NCBI GenBank assembly: GCA_013265495.1
Contig: MU057651.1
Span: forward strand, 806,001-870,000
Source: Vicugna vicugna
Taxonomy: Eukaryota
DNA: 64,000 nucleotides
Direction: 5' to 3'
Shown: piece by piece, positions 50,376-61,397 of the stretch
Position numbering within the stretch: the first letter of the stretch is position 1
Layout: every line of letters begins with the position of its first letter
Translations under genes and position numbers: made by a program
The notes under the pieces: model-generated
What the model saw: the letters and a program-made list of their open reading frames with translations, nothing else
The model's database searches: none
Told to the model about the DNA's origin: nothing

Positions 50376-51431
50376 GTGTCCCTTACACACAATGTGTGCG
50401 GCCTCCTTAGGCAGAAGGAGCACATAAATAAGACTCATAAAGCTTCAGACCTCAAAACAGATGAATTCACAAATAACCGCTCCTGCTGTCTCCTGGCCAG
50501 AACTTCCCCTGTCACAGCAACTGTGACACCATGCAATGCTTTCCCGCACCCTCAGAGGACCTCATGATAAACCTCTGAGGCCAGCTGACACACCTGCTGA
50601 TCCACAGCGGCCGGCTGCATGACCCAGATCGCATCAGGATAACGACCTGGCAGACTGCTCTGCTCCAGCTCTGCCAGGCTGTGGCCTTCTGGCATTCCAA
50701 TCCCTTGATTGGCTTCTTGCGCAGCCTCTGGATCTTAAATGTGGGTTTGGGACTGAGTCTTTCTAGTACCCCAGCTTTACTGTTCTCCAATGGAAACTGC
50801 CTTGGCCAGTCTTCCAGGGTTTATGGTCCAGCTTATCTCAGTAGGAATGCCTACTCTTCCTCTAGAGCTGTAGGACCAAATCTCAACCCCGGCCGCTTTC
50901 CCATCTTTCTGGGTGGGCCAGCCTCAGCTTCCAAACCTCATACAGTGGGGACTCAAATAAGTTGCCTCCAACTCAGTGTTGCTTCGCAGAGCTGTCACTT
51001 GCAGTTTAGGGGAAGGAAAAGGCCGATTTCGCTTGACAGGTGCTCATTCTGGCAGCTGAGTTGGTCACGGATTGACCAGAGTTACTCCTCTGCGGGTGGT
51101 GATGCCTGGGGTGCAGCTGCTAAGGGCTCTGAACCCTGCCCCTACGCCACCTTCTGGAGAAAAGAGGGAGTGATCTCAGAAAAAAAAAAAAAAAGAGAGA
51201 GAATCTAAAGCTGCAGCAATCTCTGGCCCCCTGCCCCAGTTTTCCTGCTTTGTGCAGGAGCCTGAACATGGGGGTGTAAGAAGCAGAGAAAGGGGGCTGC
51301 TTTAGCAGCTGGTCAGATTCCTTTCAGAGTATTCTCTGGATTTCCAGATCCCCCTCATCTAAAAGCCTCCTTGAGAGGGGTTAGCCAGCACTGCAGTCTG
51401 CAGCCCCCTAGCCCAGCGATGCTCTAAATGC

Positions 51432-51950
51432 AGGGCTTCTTAACCTGGCCTCCACACATGGGGTTCATCCACAGACAGCATTAGAGAATCTGATACAGAA
51501 AACACATTTTTGTCTTTACTAACTTCTAACTTCAGTTTCCTTTCATTCAATGTAGTGTTTCCTTCCATTATAAACAAGCAACAACCCGTGGTGGTATTAG
51601 CAGTGCCTGTGACTTTGTCATCAGTGGAAGTCACAGATGGCTGCCTATCACATTACAGCAGCTGCAGATATCTCCAAGTAATGTCCGTGCTCATCGCTGC
51701 TTCGAAATTATGGTAGTAATGAGACCTGCTACTAGATCTTGTTATTTAATGTGTGATAGAGAAGCACATATACTGCTATATTGCAATTCATTTTTAGTAT
51801 TTTGATCACTGCATTTCAGTACAATAGGTTTCCTTTTAATTTCTATATATTCTGTCTTATGCACTTAAAAACATTGTTCTAAAAGGGGGTTCTGTCAGCT
51901 TCATAGGCCTACTAAAGGGCTCTGTGGCACCCCAAAGTCAAGATCCCAGC
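51432..51950. mobile_element. Probable hAT/Charlie DNA transposon between the two unit F chromodomains
   Basis: cagggcttcttaacctgg start; AT-rich interior; ends near gtggcaccccaaagtcaagatccc. Confidence 0.6.
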
Positions 51951-51973
51951 TCCACTCCCCACAGCACGGCGCA

Positions 51974-51990
51974 TGCCACCAGATGGCGCC
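51974..51990 (+). promoter_or_regulatory. CTCF consensus site
   Basis: TGCCACCAGATGGCGCC matches the CTCF core CCAC(C/T)AG(A/G)TGGC(A/G). Confidence 0.65.
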
Positions 51991-53699
51991 ATTGTAGGAG
52001 CCAGAGGCCCGGAGGGTACCCAGCACCAAAGGATCCCACGTGTAAAACAGTCTATCTAATAGTCACTATTCCCAAGTTGCTCGTTGTCCGGGCCCAGTTA
52101 GGACCCTCAGAGGGCTGAAAGCCCTGAAAAGACTATGGTGTCCCCTTCATACGTAGTTCAAAACAAAAGCAAAACTAAACTGTAAATGATTCTACTGCAA
52201 GTCCAAGGACTGATTGTGAAATTCCGGCTAAGGCCTTTGAAGTTGAACATCTCCTGTGCCCTGGGTTTAGTCTACCTATTAGGAAGCCCAGCATGGCCTG
52301 CTGGTAAAGGGGTAACTAAGCCAAATCCTGCTCTGGACCCCAACTGAGCCCTAGCACCCCTCCCTCCAGTCACAGTGTGTCGGCCACCAGCAAATTCTAG
52401 GACATCTGGTAACTACTTCCAGATTTCTAAGAGATTAAGGGGCTTTGGAAAACTCTGTGGACCCTGCCCAGCCAATTTACATGGCTTAAGCCAGCTCCAG
52501 CTGGGGTGAAACCCTCACTGTGATTCAGAAAAAGAATAACCACTGAAGTACACGTAGGAGTCCACACCTGGCATTGTGCAAATGTTCTGGCCAGACATAA
52601 GGTCACTTGCAAACCTTACATCTCAGCTTCAACCCGCTTCTTGGTCCCTGGCCTCTCCAAACGATGAAGCCAAATTTCTATCATCCTCAGGGTTACTGTA
52701 GCCTGTACATCTCAGAATTTTGCTTGCATTTGCCTCTATGAACATTCCAGCATGAATTGCTGCCAAGCTTCATCAGACCCTCTACCTCCCCAGCAGGGGC
52801 TCAGTACTCTTTGTAGAAGGAAAAATCAAGAACTCTAGCTCTGCTAGGACTCTGTAGTGTCAGTTCTGTGATGATATGAAACCCTTCCTAATTTGGATAA
52901 TTCCCAGCTTCCTTGACAAACCCCCAGGGAACCTAAGGCAGTGTAGAGTTAGACTTCCAGGGCATTACACCCCTAATCAAATCCAGGAGGGTGACCAAAA
53001 ACCTCCACTATTTCAGAATGATTCCAGACAATTCCTGTATCTGATAATGACCGGCAGCTTGTACCACACCTCAGCTTTTCAAACAACTGAAGAACCAGGA
53101 TCCCACCAGACTCTCTGTTTTCAGACTCTCTGGCTTCATTGTTACTGCTTCTCTACACCATCAAGTCCTTGATTCAGCTGCCCTGGACCTGCTACAGCAA
53201 TGCTTACACTGGTACATGAATATTTTACAAATGGAGAGTTCCTTGACCTCTTTCTACCTGCCCAGGGCGTCTGCTTGGAGTCTGGTAAGAAAGAAATCCA
53301 CTAATTTGGAGAAGGAGCCCTCTGAACCGGGCAATTCCTGCCTTCCACCGGGTACTCTTTCAGCTTTCTCTGCTTGCTGTTGTCCTGATCCCTCCAAGTA
53401 CCAGGAAGCAATTTAGTTGGGGCCAGAGCCTACACTGGAGAGGGCTAGAGCCTTCTATCACACAAAGCTGGAAAAGGCTACCTTTAGGAAGGCTGGGCTT
53501 GGGAAGAGGGTAGCAGGGGTGTACTCTAGCCCTTTGCAACCTGGAGCCTTCAAGCCAGCTGGCGGCTCCTGCCCCATGCGGGCCACTGCCACCCATCAGC
53601 AACACCATTCTGGGTCCACCCTTTGTTTACAGCCTAGGTACAATCTACCTCCTTACAGCTCTGTGCTCAACCCTATGTTTTTAAAATGTTAAGTATTCT

Positions 53700-53940
53700 A
53701 ACAAATACTTTTCGTGACACCTATGTGCCAGGCCCCATTCTAAGCTCTTTACAGATAATAAATCATTCTATTTTTACAACAATTCTCTGCCATAGGTACT
53801 ATTTTTATTTCCATTTTAGAGATGGGGAAACCAAGGCACTGAGAGATAAAGTAACTCACCTGAGATTAAACCGCTGAAAGCAGCAGTCAGAATTCAGACC
53901 CAGGAAGCCTGGCTCCACCTTCCAAGGGCTTAACCACCAT
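53700..53940 (-). mobile_element. MIR SINE
   Basis: ccattttagagatggggaaaccaaggcactgagag. Confidence 0.8.
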
Positions 53941-54099
53941 GTGGGGCGATGATTTCCCTTTTAAGTTCTAGCCCACAATTCCCACTTTGCGTTTCATTTG
54001 TTCCCACCCATTCTAGAAAAGTGTCCTGCCTCTTGCCACCCAGCCACCAAGACTTCACCCAAGCAGAGTGTCAGGAGAACTGGTCGTCTCTCCCCACCC

Positions 54100-54480
54100 C
54101 TCGGCCCCCAGGTGTAGTGAGGCTCCCTGATTGGGATTCAAACACAGGCGCGGGGACGAGGGGAGGAGCAGGATGCGGGGCTGAACTGGAAACCCTGGCG
54201 GTGGGGAAGAAGGAGAGGTAGCAGATACAAGAGGAATCTCCTAGGAAAAATCAGTGGGATTGTGAGGTGTGAGGAGGAAGAAATCAAAGAGCATCTCCAG
54301 ACTTCTTCAGAGGTCATCTTCTGGCTTGGGTGACTGAGCAGGTGGGTGGTGACGCCAGACGGAAGAGCTTATTGGCAGGGAGGGGCGTGAGAACAGCAGG
54401 CACCCACGGCGCATGCGCCATCCCAGGTTGCAGGCGGGCACTGATCGGTGTGCTCATTTCACCGACGGAGGGCATGTGAG
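54100..54480. promoter_or_regulatory. Small CpG-enriched promoter-like region
   Basis: Perfect NRF1 palindrome GGCGCATGCGCC (54408-54419), ATTGG at ~54130 and 54371, GC box gggaggggcg, GTAAGT donor at 54518. Confidence 0.45.
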
Positions 54481-55621
54481 CCTCTGAGATTCGAAGGAAC
54501 TTACCCAAAGCCACACAGTAAGTAGCCAGGCCAGAATGTAAACCCAGTTCTGTCTGACTTCACGTCTGCGTTTTAACCAGCTGGATGGAAGGAAATCAGC
54601 CTGTATTCAGACCCCTCCCCTCGCTCTGCTTGCCCCCGTCAACCCCGGTTGTCGTCTGTCTTAATGCTTCCTTATTTGCTGCCTTTCCAGAGCCTTAATT
54701 TTGGTTTAGGCCCCGACACTGGCTGCCTACCTGGCTGTGACTCCTAGCCTTTCTCCAATCTTCAGCGTGTGGATAACTGCCCTCCTACCGTCCCCCCCAG
54801 CCCCCGCGAGTCCCCACTCCACCCCTTCCCCGCATTGCTTCATCCAGACTCATGACTCAACGGGATCTACAAGTTCTAAGACCCTTCTCCATCCCTCCCC
54901 ACCCCAACTCTGAGTCTCCATTCTTGGATTCTTCTCTTCCAGCCTCACCCTGTTAATGCCTCTCAGGGCTCTGACTCAGTTTCCCCCTTGAAATTGTCTG
55001 TATCAGGGGATTCTCGAATCCGGTGCTCTGCATGTATCTGAGTGTGCAGGGATTGGTTCCACAAGGCGGGGAGCCCTCCTAGTTATCTAGTAAAGAGAGG
55101 CTAGATGTCCTCAACATCGCTGGACCGTCCCACACAGCAAAGAATGCCCTGGCTTCTGCCTAACTTTTGAATGCCCCCTCCCGCACCCAATCTGTCATGT
55201 AGATTTAAAAAAAAAAGTCTGTTTATAATGATCTGTGCTTAGAACATAACTCTGCTTTACACATTAACACAAAACATTTTTTTGCATGGTTTTAGTATAT
55301 GCTTGAAATTTCCCAGAATACAACTAACCATGTAAATTGAGAGAAAATTGAACTTTGTTTTGTTCAGAACTTTCCCAAGAGCTATTTAACATTTTTTAAG
55401 ATCAAGTGGCTGACAGCAATGCTGCTTATGGTAATTGAGTCACTAATGCAATGCCCTGTGAGGGTCTGCATTTGTAGCATAACTTGTACTTGTGGTGTTT
55501 CTACCCAAAGGTGCAAGTTTCTTCCTGTTTCCTTAGGTCTTCTAGTGTGGTGTGGCCTAAACCTTTACTGATGGGTTAGTTATAAACACTTTCCTTTATT
55601 TCTCCTTAACACCACAGGTAG

Positions 55622-55624
<3 letters not shown>

Positions 55625-55671
<47 letters not shown>

Positions 55672-55682
55672 TTCTTTCTCTC
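55625..55682. repeat. (CT)n microsatellite
   Basis: Directly visible. Confidence 0.95.
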
Positions 55683-55839
55683 ATGCATACACATATACAC
55701 ACAAATACATAAAATTATGTGTATAGTAGGTACACTACATTGTCCATGATTTTTCTTGTTTCATTTCAGGATAGCAAAAGGGTTGTGGCAAATTATTTGT
55801 TAAAAATGCCAGCACAGTGCCCAGCACTGTTTCAAATTC

Positions 55840-56342
55840 TTTTTTAATTAATTAATTTTTATTGAAGTACAATCAGTTTACAATGTTGTGTCAATTTCTG
55901 GTATACAGCATAATGTTTCAGTCATACATGTACAGACATATATTCGTTTTCATGTTCTTTTTCATTATAGGTTACTATAAGATATTGACTACAGGTCCCT
56001 GTGCTATACAGTATGAACTTGTTGTTTATTTATTTCATATATAGTAGTTAGTATCTGCAAGTCTTGAATTTCCAATTTATCACTTCCCACCCCCTTCCCC
56101 CAGTAACCATGTTTGTTTTCTATGTCTATGAGTCTGTTTCTGGTTTGTAAATAAGTTCATTTGTGTCTTTTTTTTTTAGATTCCACATATAAGTGATATC
56201 ATATGGTATTTTTCTTTCTCTTTCAGGCTTACTTCACTTAGAATGACAATCTCCAGGTCCATCCATGTTGCTGCAAATGGCGTTATTTTATTCTTTTTTT
56301 GCTGAGTAGTGGTTTAATTGTATAAATATACCACAACTTCTT
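55840..56342 (-). mobile_element. Young L1 3' end
   Basis: ttagattccacatataagtgatatcatatggtat...catgttgctgcaaatggc. Confidence 0.9.
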
Positions 56343-57134
56343 TTATATGTATATCTCACTTAATCCTCACAAAAACCAAGTGAGATGAGGATTATTTTCA
56401 CTTTTATTTTGCAGATAAAGAAATAGAGGCACAGAGAGGCAAAGTAACTTGCCAAGGTCACACAGCTCGTAGGTGATAGAGTAACAATCTGAACCCAAAT
56501 CTGTTTGACTCCAAATGCAGTGAGCATTCAGTTGTTGGCATATGCAGTAGATTATCTGTCCTGTTTCTTATTAGTGTTAGAACGAACTCAGGACAATTCT
56601 AAGGGTAATATATTGCAAAATTCTTTGAAGATTCCTAGCAAAGTACAGAGAACCCCAGGAGGATGGCAAATACTCATGTGTACATTTGGGTATGTTTCTT
56701 TAACACGGATACAGCCAGTCAAGTGACTTGAGTCAGATTGAAAGCTGTCTTGTTCCTCAATTGTTTCTTGCATCCAATCAGATAGTATCAGGCCCAAAAG
56801 TAGCTCTGTGCCAACCACACGTTCCATTTGAAAAAATAAGGTATGTTATTTGATGTTGAATGTGACCGAACAGATTCCATTTGGACTCTCCTGGGAAACC
56901 CCCACCCCATCAGCAACCAGCCGGGTCCATAGGACTTAGGTGACTCCTAATTGAGATACTCAAACCTTTATTGTTCTCAATTAGCAAGATATATCGGGTG
57001 AAAATGCACGTCACACATTTGCCTTATTCAGAGAAATTGGCCATTCATCCTGTTCTGTGTAGGTGCAGCCTCAGCGGTTTTCTCCACGCCCCAAGGGAGA
57101 ACCGCAGAGCTCATGCTCAAGCATCTCTGAACTC

Positions 57135-57152
57135 TACCACTAGATGGCAGCG
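57135..57152 (+). promoter_or_regulatory. CTCF consensus site
   Basis: TACCACTAGATGGCAGCG. Confidence 0.6.
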
Positions 57153-57359
57153 TTCTCCAAGCTTTGAGTCGCATAAAAGGCCAGCTTTATTTAATGCCAT
57201 TTTTTTCATGCGTCATAGGTCGAATTAACAATCTTTCCTGCCACCAGAAGAATGCCCAGATGTTTTCCAAGCTGCAATTTCGGGAATGTAACTTGCCTTT
57301 GGCAACTTGTTGACGTTGGAACAGTAACCTTAATCCTGTTCGGTACAGCTGGGTTTCCT

Positions 57360-57780
57360 CTGTTTTCGTTCAAATACTCATTGAGCACATACTATGTCGC
57401 AAACACTACGCTAGATTTTGGGGGTACAGAGATGAAGCCAAATAGGTTTGGCTCTTAAGAAAAGCACGGTCTAGTTGAGGAAACTGATGCCTGAACAAAA
57501 CATTTTTATAGTAATATCCTAAGCACGGGATGGGGTACCCACCTCAATCTGGAGGCTCAGGGAGGTCCTTCTGGAACAGGTGACACTGAAAGCTGAAGCT
57601 TGAATAATGGGCAGATATAAGCAAGGGAAGAATATGGGAATGGGGATTTGGGGCAGAGGAAACACAGAGCAGAAAGCTTGCAAGCCTGTGGTGTGTGCTG
57701 AGGAACTAGGTGGGAAATGCCAGGCACAATAAGAGAACACTGTATGAGGGTTCGGGGTAGGTAGAGGTCTCGTCGAGGAA
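57360..57780 (-). mobile_element. L2 fragment
   Basis: ttcaaatactcattgagcacatactatgt...aggtgacactgaaagctga...gcagaggaaacac. Confidence 0.75.
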
Positions 57781-57929
57781 TGCAATAATCATGTCACAAC
57801 TAGGTACCGATTTATAAGACCATCTGCTCCTCCCATCTACTTCCTGAGATAAGAGCATCACAATCTTACCTTGAAAAGGAGCGATCTCTTCATTTCTCAC
57901 AACCCCGTGTTGCAATGAAAAATAACTTT

Positions 57930-58465
57930 GGCAGACGTGTCTTGAGCCTTTGCTAAGTACTGAACACTGTGCTACGAGCTGCTTCATGCCTGGCTTTTTT
58001 TCATATCAGCAATAATTCTATGAGGTGGATACGCTGATGCTATTTTTAGCTTCATTTTACAGATGAGGAAACCTAGGTTCAGAGAGGTTAAGTGACTTGC
58101 TCAGGATCACACAGCCAGCAAGTGATGGAGCAGGAATTTGAATAGAAGCATTTATTAGGTACAGAGGAAGTACAGGAGAGAGAGAGAATCACTGATAATG
58201 TCAGTAAGCATGGGCTGACAGTGACAAGGAAGACTTTCTGGCAGAGGTAGTGCTTAAGCTGGGTTTAGCCAAATGGATAATAATAATTAATGAGAATAGT
58301 TAATATTTTTGAATATGCAGAGACTCTGTGCTGAGTGTTTTATAAGTATGACCGTTAATCGTTACGACAACCCTAGTATTCTCCCCATTTACAGATGAGG
58401 ACACTGAGGCACAGAGAAGTTAACTAACTTGTCTAAGTTCACGTGGTCAGTAAGTGGCAGAACCT
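57930..58465 (-). mobile_element. MIR SINEs with an intervening L2 piece
   Basis: cattttacagatgaggaaacctaggttcagagaggttaagtgacttgc; acagatgaggacactgaggcacagagaag. Confidence 0.8.
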
Positions 58466-58612
58466 GGTGGGGCCAGGAGGCCTTGAGTGAGTGGTGGACA
58501 TGAGTGAGGACATTTCAGGAAGAAGATTCAACGGCAGGGCATGATCTGACCCGGAAGGTTGGGAACTCAGAGCAACTTGGAATGGCTTGAATAGAAAGGA
58601 GGCTGCTAAGAG

Positions 58613-58676
58613 GTCAGAACTGTGAGACTGGAGAGGCTCGCGGGGTCAGAACTCTGAGACTGGAGAGGCTCGCGGG
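58613..58676. repeat. Tandem duplication, 2 x ~32 bp
   Basis: gtcagaactgtgagactggagaggctcgcggg followed by gtcagaactctgagactggagaggctcgcggg. Confidence 0.9.
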
Positions 58677-59669
58677 AGCTATATTGTGAAAGGCCTTGGG
58701 TGCACCTTGGACTTGACATTCAAGGAGCAGGAGGTGGGGAAGCCCCGGAGAATTGTCAAAGGGGAGAGATCTAATCCTCCCGATACAATTTTTTCCTTTC
58801 ACCTGCAGGTAACTCCTCCTGCAACACAGACATCAGGCCAAAGCTTGTATTTTTTCTAAATGTGCATAACTGTACATTTCCAGATGCTAACCGTGGCAGC
58901 AGTGCTCGAAGACAGAGGTGCTCCCCATGAGGCCCCTGGCCCAGCAGCGTCGACCTCAGCTGGAAACGGGTTAGAAGTGCAGTTTCTCCAGCCCCATCCA
59001 GGACCTACCGAAACAGGAACTTCAGAGGGAGGGCCTAGCAATTTGTGTTTCCACGAGCCTTCAGGTAATTCTGAGGTACACTAGTACTTGAAAACCACTA
59101 TCTTCTACTGTGGCTTCAATATCACATGTGTGCGAGATTTATTTCCTCTCCAGCTCCTTGAGGTCAAGAGCCATGTCTTTTATCGCCTGGCCCTCCACCT
59201 CCATCTCCTGCCCCGTGACCCAGAACACCATGCATATGCCAGCTCTGGTGCTGACTAGCTGGGTACAAGTCCCTTATTCTTTCTATGCCCCAGTTTAATC
59301 ATCTGTAAAATGGGAGTAATAATAATAATACCTAGCTCATTCGGTTGTTGTATCAAAAGAGTTAATGCAGGTAAAGCTATTAGGGCAGCTTTGCTTTTCT
59401 CACATTAAGTACTTAATTTTATATATGATGCATTAGTGGTACTTGGTGTTCAGTAGGTATTAGTGAATTGATTCAAGGAGAGTAGGTTTAAACAAAGAGA
59501 GGAGAGACCAAGAAAAGTCAGATGGGCTAGTAGCGCAGAGAAAACAAGACAAGAACATGTGTTTCAGACAGATTCAGGCTGCCCCACAGGCCATCCTAGC
59601 TCTCCGGGACCCTTTGCAGGGAGTCAGAGAGAAGGAGGAAGGGAAGAGAGACCAGAGAGGCCTGGTTTC

Positions 59670-59920
59670 ATTGTATGAAATATGCAGAAGAGACAAAGCT
59701 ATGGAAACAGAAAGGAGGGTGGCGGGTGGGACTGGAGTGTGTCTGCTGGTGGGTAGGGGGATTGCTTTTGTGGGGGACGAAAGTGTTTGGGACTAGCTAG
59801 TGGGCGTGTTTTCACTTCGTGAATATACTCCAAGCCACTGGACTGTAGACTTTCAAAGGGTCGATGTTACAGTGTGTGAATTCTATCTCAATTTTTTTAA
59901 ACTGTTAAAAAAAAAAAACA
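59670..59920 (+). mobile_element. L1M 3' end
   Basis: gtgtgaattctatctcaattttt plus A-tail. Confidence 0.7.
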
Positions 59921-61397
59921 ACCCAAATAAGCCTAGTTGAGCTGAGAAGAGAAGTCAGGACCTTTTCCATTAAGCCCCAGGAAACCAGGCCCAGAGCAGG
60001 TGCAGAACTGAGACCAAGAAAGAAAGAGTCTTGTGGCTGGATTTTGTTCTAATTTATTTGCTTGCCACCTAGGGGCACCCAACTCATTTCCTGTGTCATT
60101 ATTTCTAAAGACATAAAGAAAAGCCTGACGTGTTCATTAAGACCCACCATATCAATGTCATAAAATTGAACTGCAAGAGAAAGGCATAACCTGATTGTAA
60201 TAAAAGTGCAACCCCAGGTTGGCACATCATGGGGAATCTCACAAACGTGCGTCACGTGCATGAGTTCAACGTGGGTGAAAATATCAATCTTTATTCTTTC
60301 CCCTAAGGCCTCAGGCAGCATAACCTAGTCAAATAGTCCTGGAAGATCTAATTATATCCCCACTTAATTTTCCCTCCCAGCTTTTTAGAGTTTCCAAGAA
60401 AATCATTCAACGATTACTTTGCTGAGTGATAAAAGCAGCCTCATGCCTTTGTAATACAGGATGGATGAATTAGGACTTGGGGAACTTCTGAAGTTTTGAT
60501 ATATGCTCAACATTGTTAATTGTGGTAGGAGAGGCCACTTTATTTTATTAAAGATAGTCTAAACATGTCTGCTTTATAGAACCTCTCTGTGAGAAGATTG
60601 CTTACTGCCAAGAGAGTTCTACCAGGAAAATCTAAGACACGAAGCAATGAATGCTGGGAAAAGTAATTTAAATGAAGGCAAAGAGGAGGACATACAGTCT
60701 AGTGGCTAAAGGAAAGGATGCCATGTGCCACAAACCTAATTTTATTAGGTCTCAATCCTAAACCAAACTAAAAAATATGAATTTGCATAGTATAAGGGTT
60801 GAGCACGTGGATTCTAGAATTAGGCTGCCTGGGTTCAAATATTGATTCTGTTCTCCTGACTTCCCTAAGACATTAGTCCATTTCTTTCTTTCATAGTCAT
60901 TTCCATAATCTTTACTGTTATGACCTCAGTCCCACTAGATTCTAAGTTCTGTGGATAAGGCAAGGGGCATGTCTGCCTTGTCATATAGTAAATACTTAAA
61001 AAATATTTGTAGAATTGACTAGAACCCTTAGTTTTGTGTCCTGGGCAACTTACCTCCCTAAGTCTTGGGGTGTTTTTCCATCTATCAATTGAGGATGATT
61101 GTCATAGCCACTTAATAGGGTTGTTGAGAGAAATCTACATAAAAGCACAGTGCCTGGCACCCAGCAGGAGCTCCAAAAATGTTCCCTATTGTTATTATTA
61201 TAAAGGAGATTTTCTACATAAGCAGTACACGGCTACTGGAACAGGCAACTGAATAGGCTGGAATCTTTTCTTTAAAAGTGGTGTTTTCTTTGTTTGAAAA
61301 AATCATCTGAAACAACCCTACAAAGAGTGTTAACACATAAATTCTGCATCATGGATACTTTGGTGTTTTATTTTCGTATTCTCTATATTTTAATATG

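Larger units (their letters stand above)
43270..52380 (+). mobile_element. Fossil Ty3/Gypsy chromovirus unit F
   Basis: gag weak (~43270-43370, 43976-44040); PR LVPLQLQV..IMESS, FSRWLR, SSLPSQYHSDFGHCF (~44660-45095); RT/RNase H RLFTST-ILTHFDLAHSFIL..AIVTILSQE (~47370-47460); IN SASPLIGH, LDVLTD..GHKTVIIVNIHTKTSHVFPC, LFTRRALRL..SDHRPQL (49372-49585), DEFTNNRS..TSPVTA; GPY/F LNVGLGLSLSST..SRVYGPAY; chromodomain-like ~51030-51160 and AFEVEHLL..LLVKG..LWTPTEP (~52234-52350). Confidence 0.82.
52450..56950 (+). mobile_element. Fossil Ty3/Gypsy unit G (PR end, RT, RNase H, IN remnant, chromodomains)
   Basis: Intact RT motif FIRPSTSPAGA (52769-52801) followed by LFVEGK, IIPSFLDK, ELDFQG, IQEGD, FLYLIM, SAFQ; PDPSK and RAFYHTKL (~53385-53470); weak IN ~54625-54790; chromodomain-like GGWQILMCTFGY..QPVK*L (~56658-56730) and LFDVEC..DSIW (~56845-56890). 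Confidence 0.8.
57015..60460 (+). mobile_element. Fossil Ty3/Gypsy unit H (gag, RT start, RNase H remnants)
   Basis: gag LPYSEKLAIHPVLCRCSLSGFLH (~57019-57087; consensus LPEKFSGDP..CRGFL); RT RFIRPSAPPIYFLR (~57808-57850), VAMKNN; weak RNase H ~60170-60455; interrupted by L2, MIR and MER5. Confidence 0.55.

Noticed and set aside
5411..60460. Active retrotransposon or intact RTL/PEG10-like gene
   Set aside because: Every unit has many stops, frameshifts and insertions, and visible catalytic motifs are dead (RT YLDL at 32886, *LED at 40715).
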